Below are positions 1-35,818 of a DNA stretch of 64,000 nt, in pieces. Source of the stretch: Bugula neritina. Lineage: Eukaryota > Animalia > Bryozoa. The stretch spans positions 9,740,973 to 9,804,972 of the forward strand of contig OZ037770.1 in NCBI GenBank assembly GCA_964035545.1, in the 5' to 3' direction. Positions within the stretch are counted from its first letter, which is position 1. Each line of letters opens with the position of its first letter. A program made the translations under genes and the position numbers. The notes beneath the pieces were generated by a model. It worked only from the letters and a program-made list of their open reading frames with translations. It had not been told where the DNA came from and did not search any database.

Positions 1-95
1 CTTTAACTATACTATATTATTATATAGCTACCCTACATTACTATGTCACTATGTTATATAACTATATTACTATAACTATATATAATTATACTAAC

Positions 96-5608
<5,513 letters not shown>

Positions 5609-6640
5609 GGTATCTCAGAGCTGAAGAAAATGATATTATTCCAAATATTCGTGGGTTTGTCTAATGCATGGGATAATAGAAACATCAATAAAAATTTAGC
5701 CAATTGTTTGTTTCATTAAAACTATACCTGCAGTTTTCTTAATTCAGGTATATATTATTCTTTTTCATTTTTTACCCAACAAATATACTGCAGGTAAAAC
5801 TTTTACCATTTTAAAGTACATTAATTAATTTTTTTTCTCTATGACCAAAATATAATTGTACTCTTGTAATAAAAAAATTATTTACATTTATTGACTTGTA
5901 AAAAGGAATTGATTTGCTTTTTTGTGAACAAAGACACAATATAAATTCTGAGCAGTTGTGAGATTGCATAATAAGCACTAAAATCCAATTATTTGCAAGT
6001 GCATGAAACTGATTGTTCATCTAAAAAGCAATTTCAGCAAAATTGAGCAGCATTAAGCTATACTGCTAGACCGCACACAACTAGAAAGCATTTGAAACCT
6101 TTTTACATAATGTAGTGTTTGAACATCAACTTTGAAAACTTTTAATTTAACGTGTTTTATGCTAACATAATGACAAGACACATAGTGTAACATGAAACTA
6201 TATTGCCTGTATATAGCATATTATATATTATAAAATATTATTCTACATTAATTATCTTATTTTGCAGTGTACACTCTGCAATACACTACTTTTAAACAGT
6301 CAAACAAAAATGTTCAACAAAATTTTGTTTATTATTGTTTATAAAATTTGTTACTTTCTAAATGATTTATGCAAACTTTGCTGGCACTTTCTTAACACAA
6401 CAATTATTTATCTAGAAAACACAAAGTTTTTGCTAAAATAATATTTCAAACCCGTCAATGAAATAGTGATAAGGTAAGTTTCTCTTACAACTCAATTTAA
6501 ATACAAAATGTAATCAAAATCATACCAGTAGATCGATCTGTGCAATACATAACTCAATAATATAATTTAAAAATCACAGTAAGTACAAAGTGTATTGTGA
6601 GCAAAAAGAATTGTCATTTGAAATTGCTATGGTATGCTTA

Positions 6641-6960
6641 CCTATATCACCAGCTAGTTGCTTCAGTTTCCTTCTACAACTGATTACACAAGAACAAAAT
6701 ATTCACATCTGAAGCCCAATTTAATGCTGAAGAGTAACTTTAAAAACAAGTTCAGTATATATGCTGGTATTTAAGATTGAATGTTGAATGTTTATTATAA
6801 TATATAGAGGTGCAATATCACCACATTTTGAACTTTGAACAAATAGATTAAGTACATACACACAAAATTACTGCAGTAGTTTTATTATTACCTGCATATA
6901 ATATTCATAAATACATATCTCATGCTCACCTGCTAGCAAGTTATATACTTGTCAATTTAT
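6641..6960 (-). promoter_or_regulatory. Probable 5'-UTR exon(s)/promoter region of ABCC copy A
   Basis: Non-coding block conserved with 28176-28460 of copy B. Both copies contain donor sites (AG|GTAAG ending at 6641 in A; CAG|GTGAGC at ~6930). Confidence 0.55.
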
Positions 6961-8648
6961 GTACCAGCATTTATGACTTTTCAAGTGATATAACTACAGA
7001 GTAAATATCAAGACTCCCCTTTTCTATGAAAGCCGAAACTGATTATAGAGAAATTTTGATCGCACTAATATTTTGTTAATTACAAAGTTAGTTATTCTAC
7101 TGCAATAAATATTTTATCGTTGTGTGAATAAGAAATACAACCCTTCAAGTTAATGAATTAGCTAGAATATATAGTAGGATTTTCTGTCACTAGTGAAATA
7201 TATAACAGTTATTATATATCCCTGAATACAAGGAGACGGAAAATTAGTGTAATGTGGTTTGCACATAATTAGTACTAAAAGGACAGTTCTGATTTATATT
7301 TTTACTGCATTCTAAATGTCCATTTCATGAAATTTTAAGGAATTAAATTTCCTTTACATGACTACCACGTTTCAGCACAGTTTCGTGTATAGCTAAAGAG
7401 CTATTAACTAAACTGCAAAACACATGTATGGCACATCTTCCTAAAGCTATAGACAGTTACTGTTTTGCAAAGAAGCTCAAAATTACTTGGTTTAAACTGA
7501 GAGCTATAGGTTGCACTTTTAGCTTATTAGGTAAACATGTTCAACTTTCAGTAACTTGTCATTCAGTTTGTTTCATATTTATGATGCTGCTTTTGCAAAA
7601 TCATGTGTGTCAGATAAACTAGTTTGTAAATATTTTAATATAAACATAGCACTTGAATAACTGCAAAGATATTAGCTTCTAGAAATCTTTTAAATTTTGA
7701 TATGACATTCATATACCACTAAAATAAATTTGTGGCATCTTAGATAAACAAAGAACTCATTAATCATTAATCATGAAATCATAATTATTATTGCCTATTC
7801 AGCCATACTGGCAATAGTAAGAGGCAGAGGCATCTTCTTGCTTCTGCTCATTTTCAAATAATTTTTAAGTTAATTGTTTACTTTCTAAAAGTGCTCATAC
7901 ACAGACTGAAAATAGCTTAAACTGTTTTAAAACTTTATTGAGCTTAAAGTTGAACATAAGCAGAAAATATTAGCTCTAAATTAAGATAATCTTGTTATAA
8001 GCATATGTAAACAAAAATTTGAAATAAGATATTTTAACTCGTAAAATTTCATCATTCAGCAATATAATATTATATTCATTTCAAACATGCACAGCTTTGT
8101 GCTATTTAACATCATTTCATTTAACAGTTTCATAAAATTATAAGGATTCTCCCTTTAGTTTTTCTTGGTAAGAATTAAGATGTTACATATTAGGTTATGC
8201 AGTTTTTTATTTTCACATTAAAAAACTACTAGCTTTGAGTTTCTGTACATATTTATGTCTAAAATTTATTTCTCTCAGTTCAAAAAAAGACCAATATTAT
8301 TTTTTTCATGTCCTACTAGCTGTCGGAGAAAAAGTAACAAATATTACATATTATTATAACTCATTACATTTGGTGCACATGTGTAAGTTGTCATCCCCGC
8401 AAATCCAAAGATTATAGGAAAAGCATTAGGTTTAAATTTTTAACCTTTTGCATAAAATTCTTGTGTATCCTTACAAAGTCTGTTTTGTGAACTGCTAAAT
8501 CAGTATTTTCGTTATGACAAAATGCTATAAGCTGGTTTATTATTAGTTCATAAATCCAGACGAAAGATCGCACATTTTCATTAACTATGATATATTTTCA
8601 GAAACTTAATTACGTTAACTCCCTTATATTACAGGTGGCTTATTTACA

Positions 8649-27551
<18,903 letters not shown>

Positions 27552-28175
27552 GGTATCTCAGCACTGAAGAAAACAATATTATTCTAAATATTCGTGAATT
27601 TGTCTAATGTGTGGTATAATAAAAACAATAAAAAATTAGCCAATTGTATGTCTCTCTAAACATATTATATTTGCTGTTTTCTTGAGTTGGATATTTACAT
27701 ATTTTTATGTTTTTTTGTTCTTTACCAAAACAATTATACTGCAGACAAAGATTTAAAAAACAAACTGTTTAGTTTATCCTCATAACAAGAGTTATTGCAA
27801 GTTTTATCATGTATAGTACTTTTTAAACCTAAATCCAATTCGACTAGAACAAATATAATTTTTATCAAAATAGTATTTCAAATCTGTCAGTACAATGATA
27901 ATATTTAAGTTGTTCTTAATGCAAAGGAAACATTTTCTTCCATGGACAATCATAGAGACTTTAGCATCTCTGAAATCATGACTTTATAACATTCTTCCAA
28001 GGGTCTAGAGACTCAACACAGATACAGATACAGGACTCAATTTAGATATTTAATAATCAAAATTATGAAAATAAACCTGTATCTTTTATTATTTAACATT
28101 AATTATTAACTTACTAATTAAATGGTAATTTTGTTTCAGAAGCAACATAATTTTAAACTATTATATCATGTTTAC

Positions 28176-28460
28176 CTGTATCACCAGCTAACTGCTTCAG
28201 TTTCCTTCTACAACTAATTACACAAGAGCAGTATGTTCACATCTGAAGCTTATTTCAATAGTGAAGATTAACTTCAAAAACAAGTTCAGAATATGCTGGT
28301 ATTTAAGATTGAATGTTGAACATTTATTATAGAGGTGCAGTATCACCACATTTTGAACTTTGGACAAATAGATTAAGCACTAAATTTTAATATTACCTGC
28401 ATAGTATTCATAAACACACACTTTATGCTCACCTGCTAGCTAGCTATATACTTGGCAAGT
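28176..28460 (-). promoter_or_regulatory. Probable 5'-UTR exon(s)/promoter region of ABCC copy B
   Basis: Homologous to 6641-6960, with donors AG|GTAAA and CAG|GTGAGC. Confidence 0.55.
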
Positions 28461-30903
28461 TATGTATGTATCAGTATCTATAACTTTTAAAGTCATATAA
28501 CTATAGGGTAAATTATTGAAACCCCCCATTTTCCACAAAACCCTAATAAACTGAATATACATAAATTGTGATCACCTATTATGTAATTAAATTTATTTAT
28601 TCTAGTACTGCAAGAAAATGCGTACTTCTTGTTATGTGAATGTGAAATACAATATTTTACACTAAAGGTTAGCTATCATACAGCTTATAGTAAAATATTT
28701 TGCTACTAACGATATAATATGGAAGTTATTGCTGGATAAAGAGAGAAGTAAAAGGTAGTGTGATGTGTTTGCATATGAGTAGTACCAAAAGGACAGTTTT
28801 GCCCCATTTCACTTCTCCAGCCTTGTGCCTGAGGCTGTACACATGGGAAGACAATCCCAAACACCAAGCCAAAAATACGCTTAGTTTCCTGTAAGCATCG
28901 GTCAATTATGGGTGGCTGCATTCATAGACCAGAGTCTATAAATGCCCAAGAATAAAGTTACTGTCTATTAGAAGACGAAAGCTTAAGACTCAGTGGTAAC
29001 ACGTAGTAACACGAGCCCTAATGCCATTCCAAATCATTAATAACTTTTTAACAACTGTATTCGTTAGAGCATATCTTTGCCCATAAGTCACATGTACTTT
29101 TATATTAGTATTTAAGGCTGTCTACCCCTGTGCAAGCACACTGGTACAAGGAAAAGGGGGGTTGAAGTGGGGCAGGATTGCCCTTGTGGTACCACTCACG
29201 TGAAAGAATATAAGTCGTAGTAAGCAATAAGCTGTTATTAATCGACATTTTGAGGACACACGTAGCTCCTAAGAATTAATGTTATACTCAAACAAAATAT
29301 TATCCAAGAAATATGTGAACTATTAAGCTGATGTTTAGCCTAGATTTTTTTAGGTTTTCTATTGCAAGAATAGGCAAATTTCAATTGGAAAATTAAATTT
29401 TTCAAGCTAAAAGTGGATATAAATTAGTTTAAATCTTCATACAATAATTGTAGAATTTAATAAACATGATCTTACTTTAAATGACACAATTCACCAGTTT
29501 ATTAAATCTGTTGGAAGAGCTTGGTAAACTATACTTCACTTTTATCGTGGCAAAGTAATTTTAAATGCAAACTAGATTTACCTAAGTGCTGGTGTTTACA
29601 AATTATGTCAAATATAAATATAAGAATGATTAGGGATTGTCCACTCTTTTAATTAAACAGCAAACTAAGTTGGCATGAACGTTATATTGTGATGGGTTTT
29701 GTAGGTTGATAAAGCTAACTGAAGAACACAACTCTTTGTCACAAGGGAAAAGAGAGAGAAAACAAATTCCAGGTGCACATAATACTTCATTGTGGTATAG
29801 TAAAAATGTGTAAAAGTCTGTATCAGTGGTGTGTTCAGGAGGTCCAGCGGTAGACTGCTCTACACTGGCAAACTCACCTCCTTATATACTCTAGAAGTTA
29901 GGGCAGCCTAATTTCTAGTAGAAAATTTCATTCGACCTTGGCTCTATAACTCGTGCACCCAAAACTTTGAGCATCTCGAAATCAGAAATGTCGGACTCTG
30001 ACCAAGAATGTATAAATGTATAAAATATTGTTACAAAGACAGGCAATTTTAACAAGTATAAAATATAAGCATATAAAATAGAAAATACACCTTTAAAAGG
30101 AAACCTCAAAATTTATTACAATATCACTAACTGCATGTAAGTGTAAATAGTAATACCACACACTAAGTAATCGTAATCAGTCATTTATAATTATTTGCAT
30201 GTTAAACTACCTCTTTATCTGTTAGATTTTAAATTTAATTATCCGTTCACTTGATAATAAAATCTTTGTGAAGCTTTGAAGAATGGTAAAGCAGTAGGAG
30301 AGGTTTACAATAACTTTTGTTTTATAATGTATTGCAACTTGCAGTTAGTAATTGCAGTCATGCAGAGCAAACTGCTACATGACAAGATTTTGGTAATGTA
30401 CCATTAAGTATAGTGTGTACGATTGTGTTCTATTCAAAACTGTTTAATATTAAAACTCATATGTTACAATTATGGTAAATCAAGCAAATTTTGGATATCA
30501 GCTTTTGTAGACTTGCCACCATTGTATTGACTATTATTTTTGTACCGGTGAAGAAAGTAATTTAATATACACAATTTGTAGACCAATGCAAATGTGCTTA
30601 TAAATATAATAACACAACTTTCACTATAACTATGCTTGGTATATGTATTTTTTTTCAAATATTTGCTAAAAATTCACATTGTTTAGATCTAAAACTTACA
30701 CCTGTGTAAAAACTTAGATTAGGTAGTAGTTTATGAAATTTTATTTAGAAAATGCAAAATGCATTTTTACAATTTGGATTACACGTTTGTTTTTTGCAAT
30801 TAACTTAGAAAAATTATTCCGACTATAAAATATAATTATTAGGGCTAATAGAAAAAGTTTCAGGTGATCAGAAGATGGCCGTCCATACAATGTACAATGT
30901 AGT

Positions 30904-32487
30904 CTATGGATTACAAGTACGGGGACAGTCGTATGCAACTTGTCCAGTTACAGTATTCTTGTAGTAGTAGTTGCAGCCTTTACAATAAGCATCCATACAC
31001 ACTGTGTTGGCCTTGTAGCAAGGTGGAGCGAAGAGACAGGGTGGGGCAAAACAATTCAATATTTCCGGGCAAGAGCAGGGAACTGCACTAGCATGATGAG
31101 TCATTGTGGTAACCAGGATTGTGGCTAAAAATGAAAAAAAAATTAGATAAATTGCAGTTAAAAATCCTGATTAGAACATAAAGTCACAGTTGAATAACAC
31201 GTTTATATGAAGCCTACATGTAGATCAGTATTATTACAAGCCTGCATATATACATACCTATAACTATTATAAATAACCTTTTACATGTATGAAAGACCTT
31301 GACATTTCTTATAGCTTTAAAACATGAAATTCTCAGTATTTATTTAACTTTATAAAAGAAATGCGGAGCATATATTATGTAGGACATGCTCATGAAAGAA
31401 ATAGTTGTATATAAATGCAGTATAGAGAAAAATGGTTCTTGTAAAAGCAATAAACTGCCTCAATTTATCAATATTTGGAATAAATAGGTTTAACTAACCC
31501 AATAAAATGTGAAAAGCTAAATGGAGCATTGAGTTAGATGTGGACACGTTAAATCATGTCCTTCAGACTTATAATCTGAAACTCTGTTAAGGATTCACCA
31601 CTAACTAATTTGACTTTAAACTTTAGACTTCGACTAGACTTATATAGCCTAATTAACATGAATTATACATGGTAATTTGATGGCGTTTGGAATATTTTGA
31701 AAACACATTTTTTGTTTTTAAAGTTTATTGTAATTCATAAATATATTTAAAAACAAGCATCTTTATTTGACTGTTTCTTATAAATAAATAAATTGCAAGT
31801 TACAAAATTATTATAGGTTGATGCTTAATTCAATTGTGCTACTAAAAAACTGCTATATGAACTTTTCTCAAAAGAATAAAAATAAGATATCGAAATAAAT
31901 ATGTCTGTTAAATTTTACTAATAAATGAATGTTTTTAAATTATGCTTTAAATTTTCACATTTTCCACCAAAAAATTAATTTCTTGTAGATGACAACTTCA
32001 CATAGCTGTCTTTCATTATATGGAAGCTATCAATCAAAATTGCTTTTAAAATATATCACACTTCATAAAAATTGCAAGCCATTAGCTTTTAATTATTATG
32101 TAGTAAAATACCCTTCTTTATACTGCATTGTGAGTTGAGCCTATGGAAATATTTTTTGAACGGAAAATATATATAAATATTTATATAGATGTTTTCCATT
32201 AAAATAATATTTGTTGAATAAGTTTTAATTGGATGCAATATGCTCCAAGCTTTATGTATAAATATCTCTACCAGCTCGTATCTCAGCAGAAAATCAAAAT
32301 CAAAACACTAATTCAAGCCCATAAGTGCTAAATTGTCTACAAAATTTGGTGTACTAAATTATATACAAAAAGCACAAAATCTATGCCATGTTTTAAAACA
32401 TGCTATAATTAACTTGACAATTGTATACAAATTAGATTATTTTGCTCACATACCAATAAGCAAAAGCATACAGCTGAGTCTCTTCAT
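30904..32487 (-). CDS. Small secreted cysteine-rich peptide (84 aa; ~25-aa signal peptide plus 59-aa mature region with 10 Cys)
   Basis: Exon 1 32454-32487 (MKRLSCMLLLI, G|GTATGT, phase 1) splices to exon 2 30904-31124 (TTTTTTTCATTTTTAG|CC). Product: MKRLSCMLLLIATILVTTMTHHASA-VPCSCPEILNCFAPPCLFAPPCYKANTVCMDAYCKGCNYYYKNTVTGQVAYDCPRTCNP*. Exon 2 is a GC-richer island in AT-rich DNA. Confidence 0.82.
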
Positions 32488-33694
32488 GATGTTTACTAGT
32501 GATGAACAAGCAAGCAACAATATTGTCGATTGTTGCCAAAGACTTTTGTATTTATTCGGGAACTATAATAACTTAAACGTGGCGGAAACGCTTCCTTGTT
32601 TTAACATTCATTGGTGTAGACAATAACCAATCAATTATGCTTATATATCTTTCACAATGATTGCATTTTACAGGCACACTTGACATTTGGCAGACAATTA
32701 GAATATTGTCATGTTGTGTCCTTGGAAACAGATGGAATTGCATAAATTTCTATAACAAAATTATACTTAGAGTTTCCGAGAAATATGTTTTTGTCAACTC
32801 GGCATTTCAACATGGGTTTCAAAAGAGATGTTACCAGCTGATATTTATATACATTGCAGTGAGCATTTGAACTTAATTAACACAGTTTTATATTTTCTAG
32901 CATTAATTAGTGGTCTTGTTGAGCTTTTAATTATAGTTAGTTCTCTTGTAGGCTATCAATTTTTTTCTTTTGCAAATGCCAGCAATTTACAAATCAAGTT
33001 GTTTCCTGGTTGTCTAGAATAAAACTTAGACTAAAAGTTAAATCTCAGCTATATAACTTAATTGTTTAAAAAATAGAATTGCTATTCAAGCCGTAAAAAT
33101 GATGGAATTTTTCTTACTGTCAAGTGTTTTTACAAAATTGAAATATGAACTGATGCTAGTTTATTTATAATAAGGAGCAATTAATATAACTGTAAACGAC
33201 AATTACTGAAAAGATGGTAAAAGTGTGTGGTTTGAAAAAAAATTTCTTATAAGACCTTGTGAATAAAATGTCAGTTTATCTAGTAGCAAAATACTCTTTT
33301 AAAATCACTCGTATTGTTTGATGATTATAATTAGATGGTGTATTGCAGTGTATTTGCATCTGTAATGTGACATCTCAGATTTTGTATAGTGAAAATAGTT
33401 TCTTGTTGTTAGCTTTTGAAAGATTTGAAAGGACTTGACTTGAAAAAAAAATCAAATAAACATGACTGAGGTATTTTATTTACTACTAAACAATGTGTAA
33501 TATGCATAGCTAGGTGACTAAAATCTAACTACATCCTGTCGCGAAAACAGAAAAAAATCTACTGCTTAGTAAATCCTGCAAATCAGGACATACACAGTAC
33601 GTTTTTGGCTAACTTATAATCCCATATGTCATATTGCAATGTTTTAGTTTAGAATTTCAATAGGGTAATGCATTGACAATATATCAGATATATC

Positions 33695-33697
<3 letters not shown>

Positions 33698-33772
<75 letters not shown>
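33698..33772. repeat. (TA)n microsatellite
   Basis: Direct reading. Confidence 0.98.
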
Positions 33773-33777
<5 letters not shown>

Positions 33778-33837
33778 TATAGTTTCTATAATTAAAAATG
33801 AATAAAAAGAACTCAATATTTTGAAAAATAGAGTATT

Positions 33838-34096
33838 TATATTCGGTACTAATACAATTTTGGATATAAAAATAAATTTAGATCTTCATTTATTGACTAC
33901 AATATTGTTTCACGTAGTGCGAGCTACGATCGTCAGGTCGTTGTGTGTACGCTTGAATGATTTTGTTTTTCAAAACAAAATCACTCAAGCGTACACACAA
34001 CGACCTGACGATCGTAGCTCGCACTACGTGAAACAATATTGTAGTCAATAAATGAAGATCTAAATTTATTTTTATATCCAAAATTGTATTAGTACC

Positions 34097-34103
<7 letters not shown>
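33838..34103. repeat. Near-perfect 266-bp palindrome (132-bp arms, 1 mismatch, 2-nt spacer)
   Basis: Position i pairs with 67941-i. Both strands give nearly the same ORF peptide in the ORF track (33821+ and 33890-). Confidence 0.97.

Positions 34104-34180
<77 letters not shown>
34099..34180. repeat. (TA)n microsatellite
   Basis: Direct reading. Confidence 0.98.
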
Positions 34181-34182
<2 letters not shown>

Positions 34183-35818
34183 TGTAAAGTGCAACCATAC
34201 TTTACTTATGACAAGTCACATCTCCCGTTTCCAAGGAAACAATATTAATAGTTTCATCATTTGACAACTTTTAAGGCAAATTACTAAATTTTTTTGCTCA
34301 TGAAGTCTATTAAATGTCATTTTTATGAAATATATCCTAGCTAGTTTTTGTATATAGAGCTTTTTAAAACAAACTAGGATGGTTAAAATACATTTACCAA
34401 AGCTTACGATCTATGAACTTCTAATATAAAACTGATTGCCATCAATCCGATTCCAAAAACATATATAGCTGCTGCTTATTTGCTGTATATACTTATAGTT
34501 GTGGCTGCCTCTGTAATAAAACAGGTTATGTTGTTCAATATACCAATGTTACATGAATGAGCAGCTGAGTTGCAACATGTTATAATTTGTTATAAGTTGC
34601 ATTAGTCACACTAAAAACTGTAGTATTTCTATAATTTATAGCAAAGGTATATATGGCTAATATCCTAATTGCTAACAAACTGGATCTATTTTGACATATA
34701 TATTTACAAATAAGTTTTAAATCAATTTAGCCACCTATATATATTTCCTCAATAAGAAGCAGCTCAAGTATTAAAATATTTTGTGGGTAAAAACAATTTG
34801 TCAGTTTATTCATACATGCATACTTTTTCCAAAAAAGTGTGTCTGGATAAGCTAAAAGCTAAAAAGTATAGAAAGTAAGCAGGGCTGTCTAATTGAACTT
34901 TTCATTAAAATTTTAGTGGTGAAATAATTTTTTATTTTGCAAATTTTAGATCAATTTTGGCCGCTTTAATTAAATCTTTTATCAAAAAGCTTTGCACATC
35001 ATGCCATATTTCCAGTTATGATATTATAAATAATTTATTATAGTTACGATGAAAACTGGTAATATGAGCTTGTAATAACACAAAAGAAATTTAGAAGCAA
35101 TTTTCAATACTTCATTATAGTTTAAAGTTGTCGTCTCAACAGGCTAATAAAATATAATATATAATGTAACATATAATATAATGGCTTACCAATCACAAAA
35201 TTTACAAACATAATCTGTCCATAGTTAATGAAATGATTTTAAAATACATTTTAAGTTTTATACATTTTTATAAATCAATTATTATATTATGTTAATAGAA
35301 ACACACATTGTATTCATATTAAACTTAAATCTTAGAGAACAACGGAAAGACAACTCAAACAAAAACAGTGAAAACCATAATTATTGAGTTATTGTTAGTA
35401 TATTAAAAACGGGCAAGTGTGTGAGTGTGTCAATCAGCTCTGTGGTATATTAAAAAAAACAAAATAACTTTGTTTGTCAATTTATAAAGCATAGCACACT
35501 TTTCAGTATTACAAATAGCTTTATATTTGAGCTGCTACGTACTTCAGTATATTCATCATTTTAGTATTACGATAGATATTAAATATAAATGTAAATCAAT
35601 GATATTAAACATTAAACATCGCCTGCTTATGTACTAAAATGGTCAAACTTTTGCAGGATGTTGTATGTTTCATAACACAATAAAAAGTTTTAGGTTAAAT
35701 TTCTCAAAAGTACAAAGGAAAAATTGTGTTTCTATAGTTTTATAGTATCAAATACTAACATAACATTGCTTTATAATATAACGTCTATATGAGAATAAAA
35801 CAAATTATTGTGGGGTGT

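Noticed and set aside
28810-30110. GC-richer patches and short ORFs between ABCC copy B and the Cys-peptide gene
   Set aside because: No coherent exon chain or recognisable protein motif; probably decayed repeats that cannot be assigned by eye.
33821-34198. Two opposite-strand ORFs encoding nearly the same peptide
   Set aside because: A direct consequence of the palindrome plus the (TA)n tract; no coding features.
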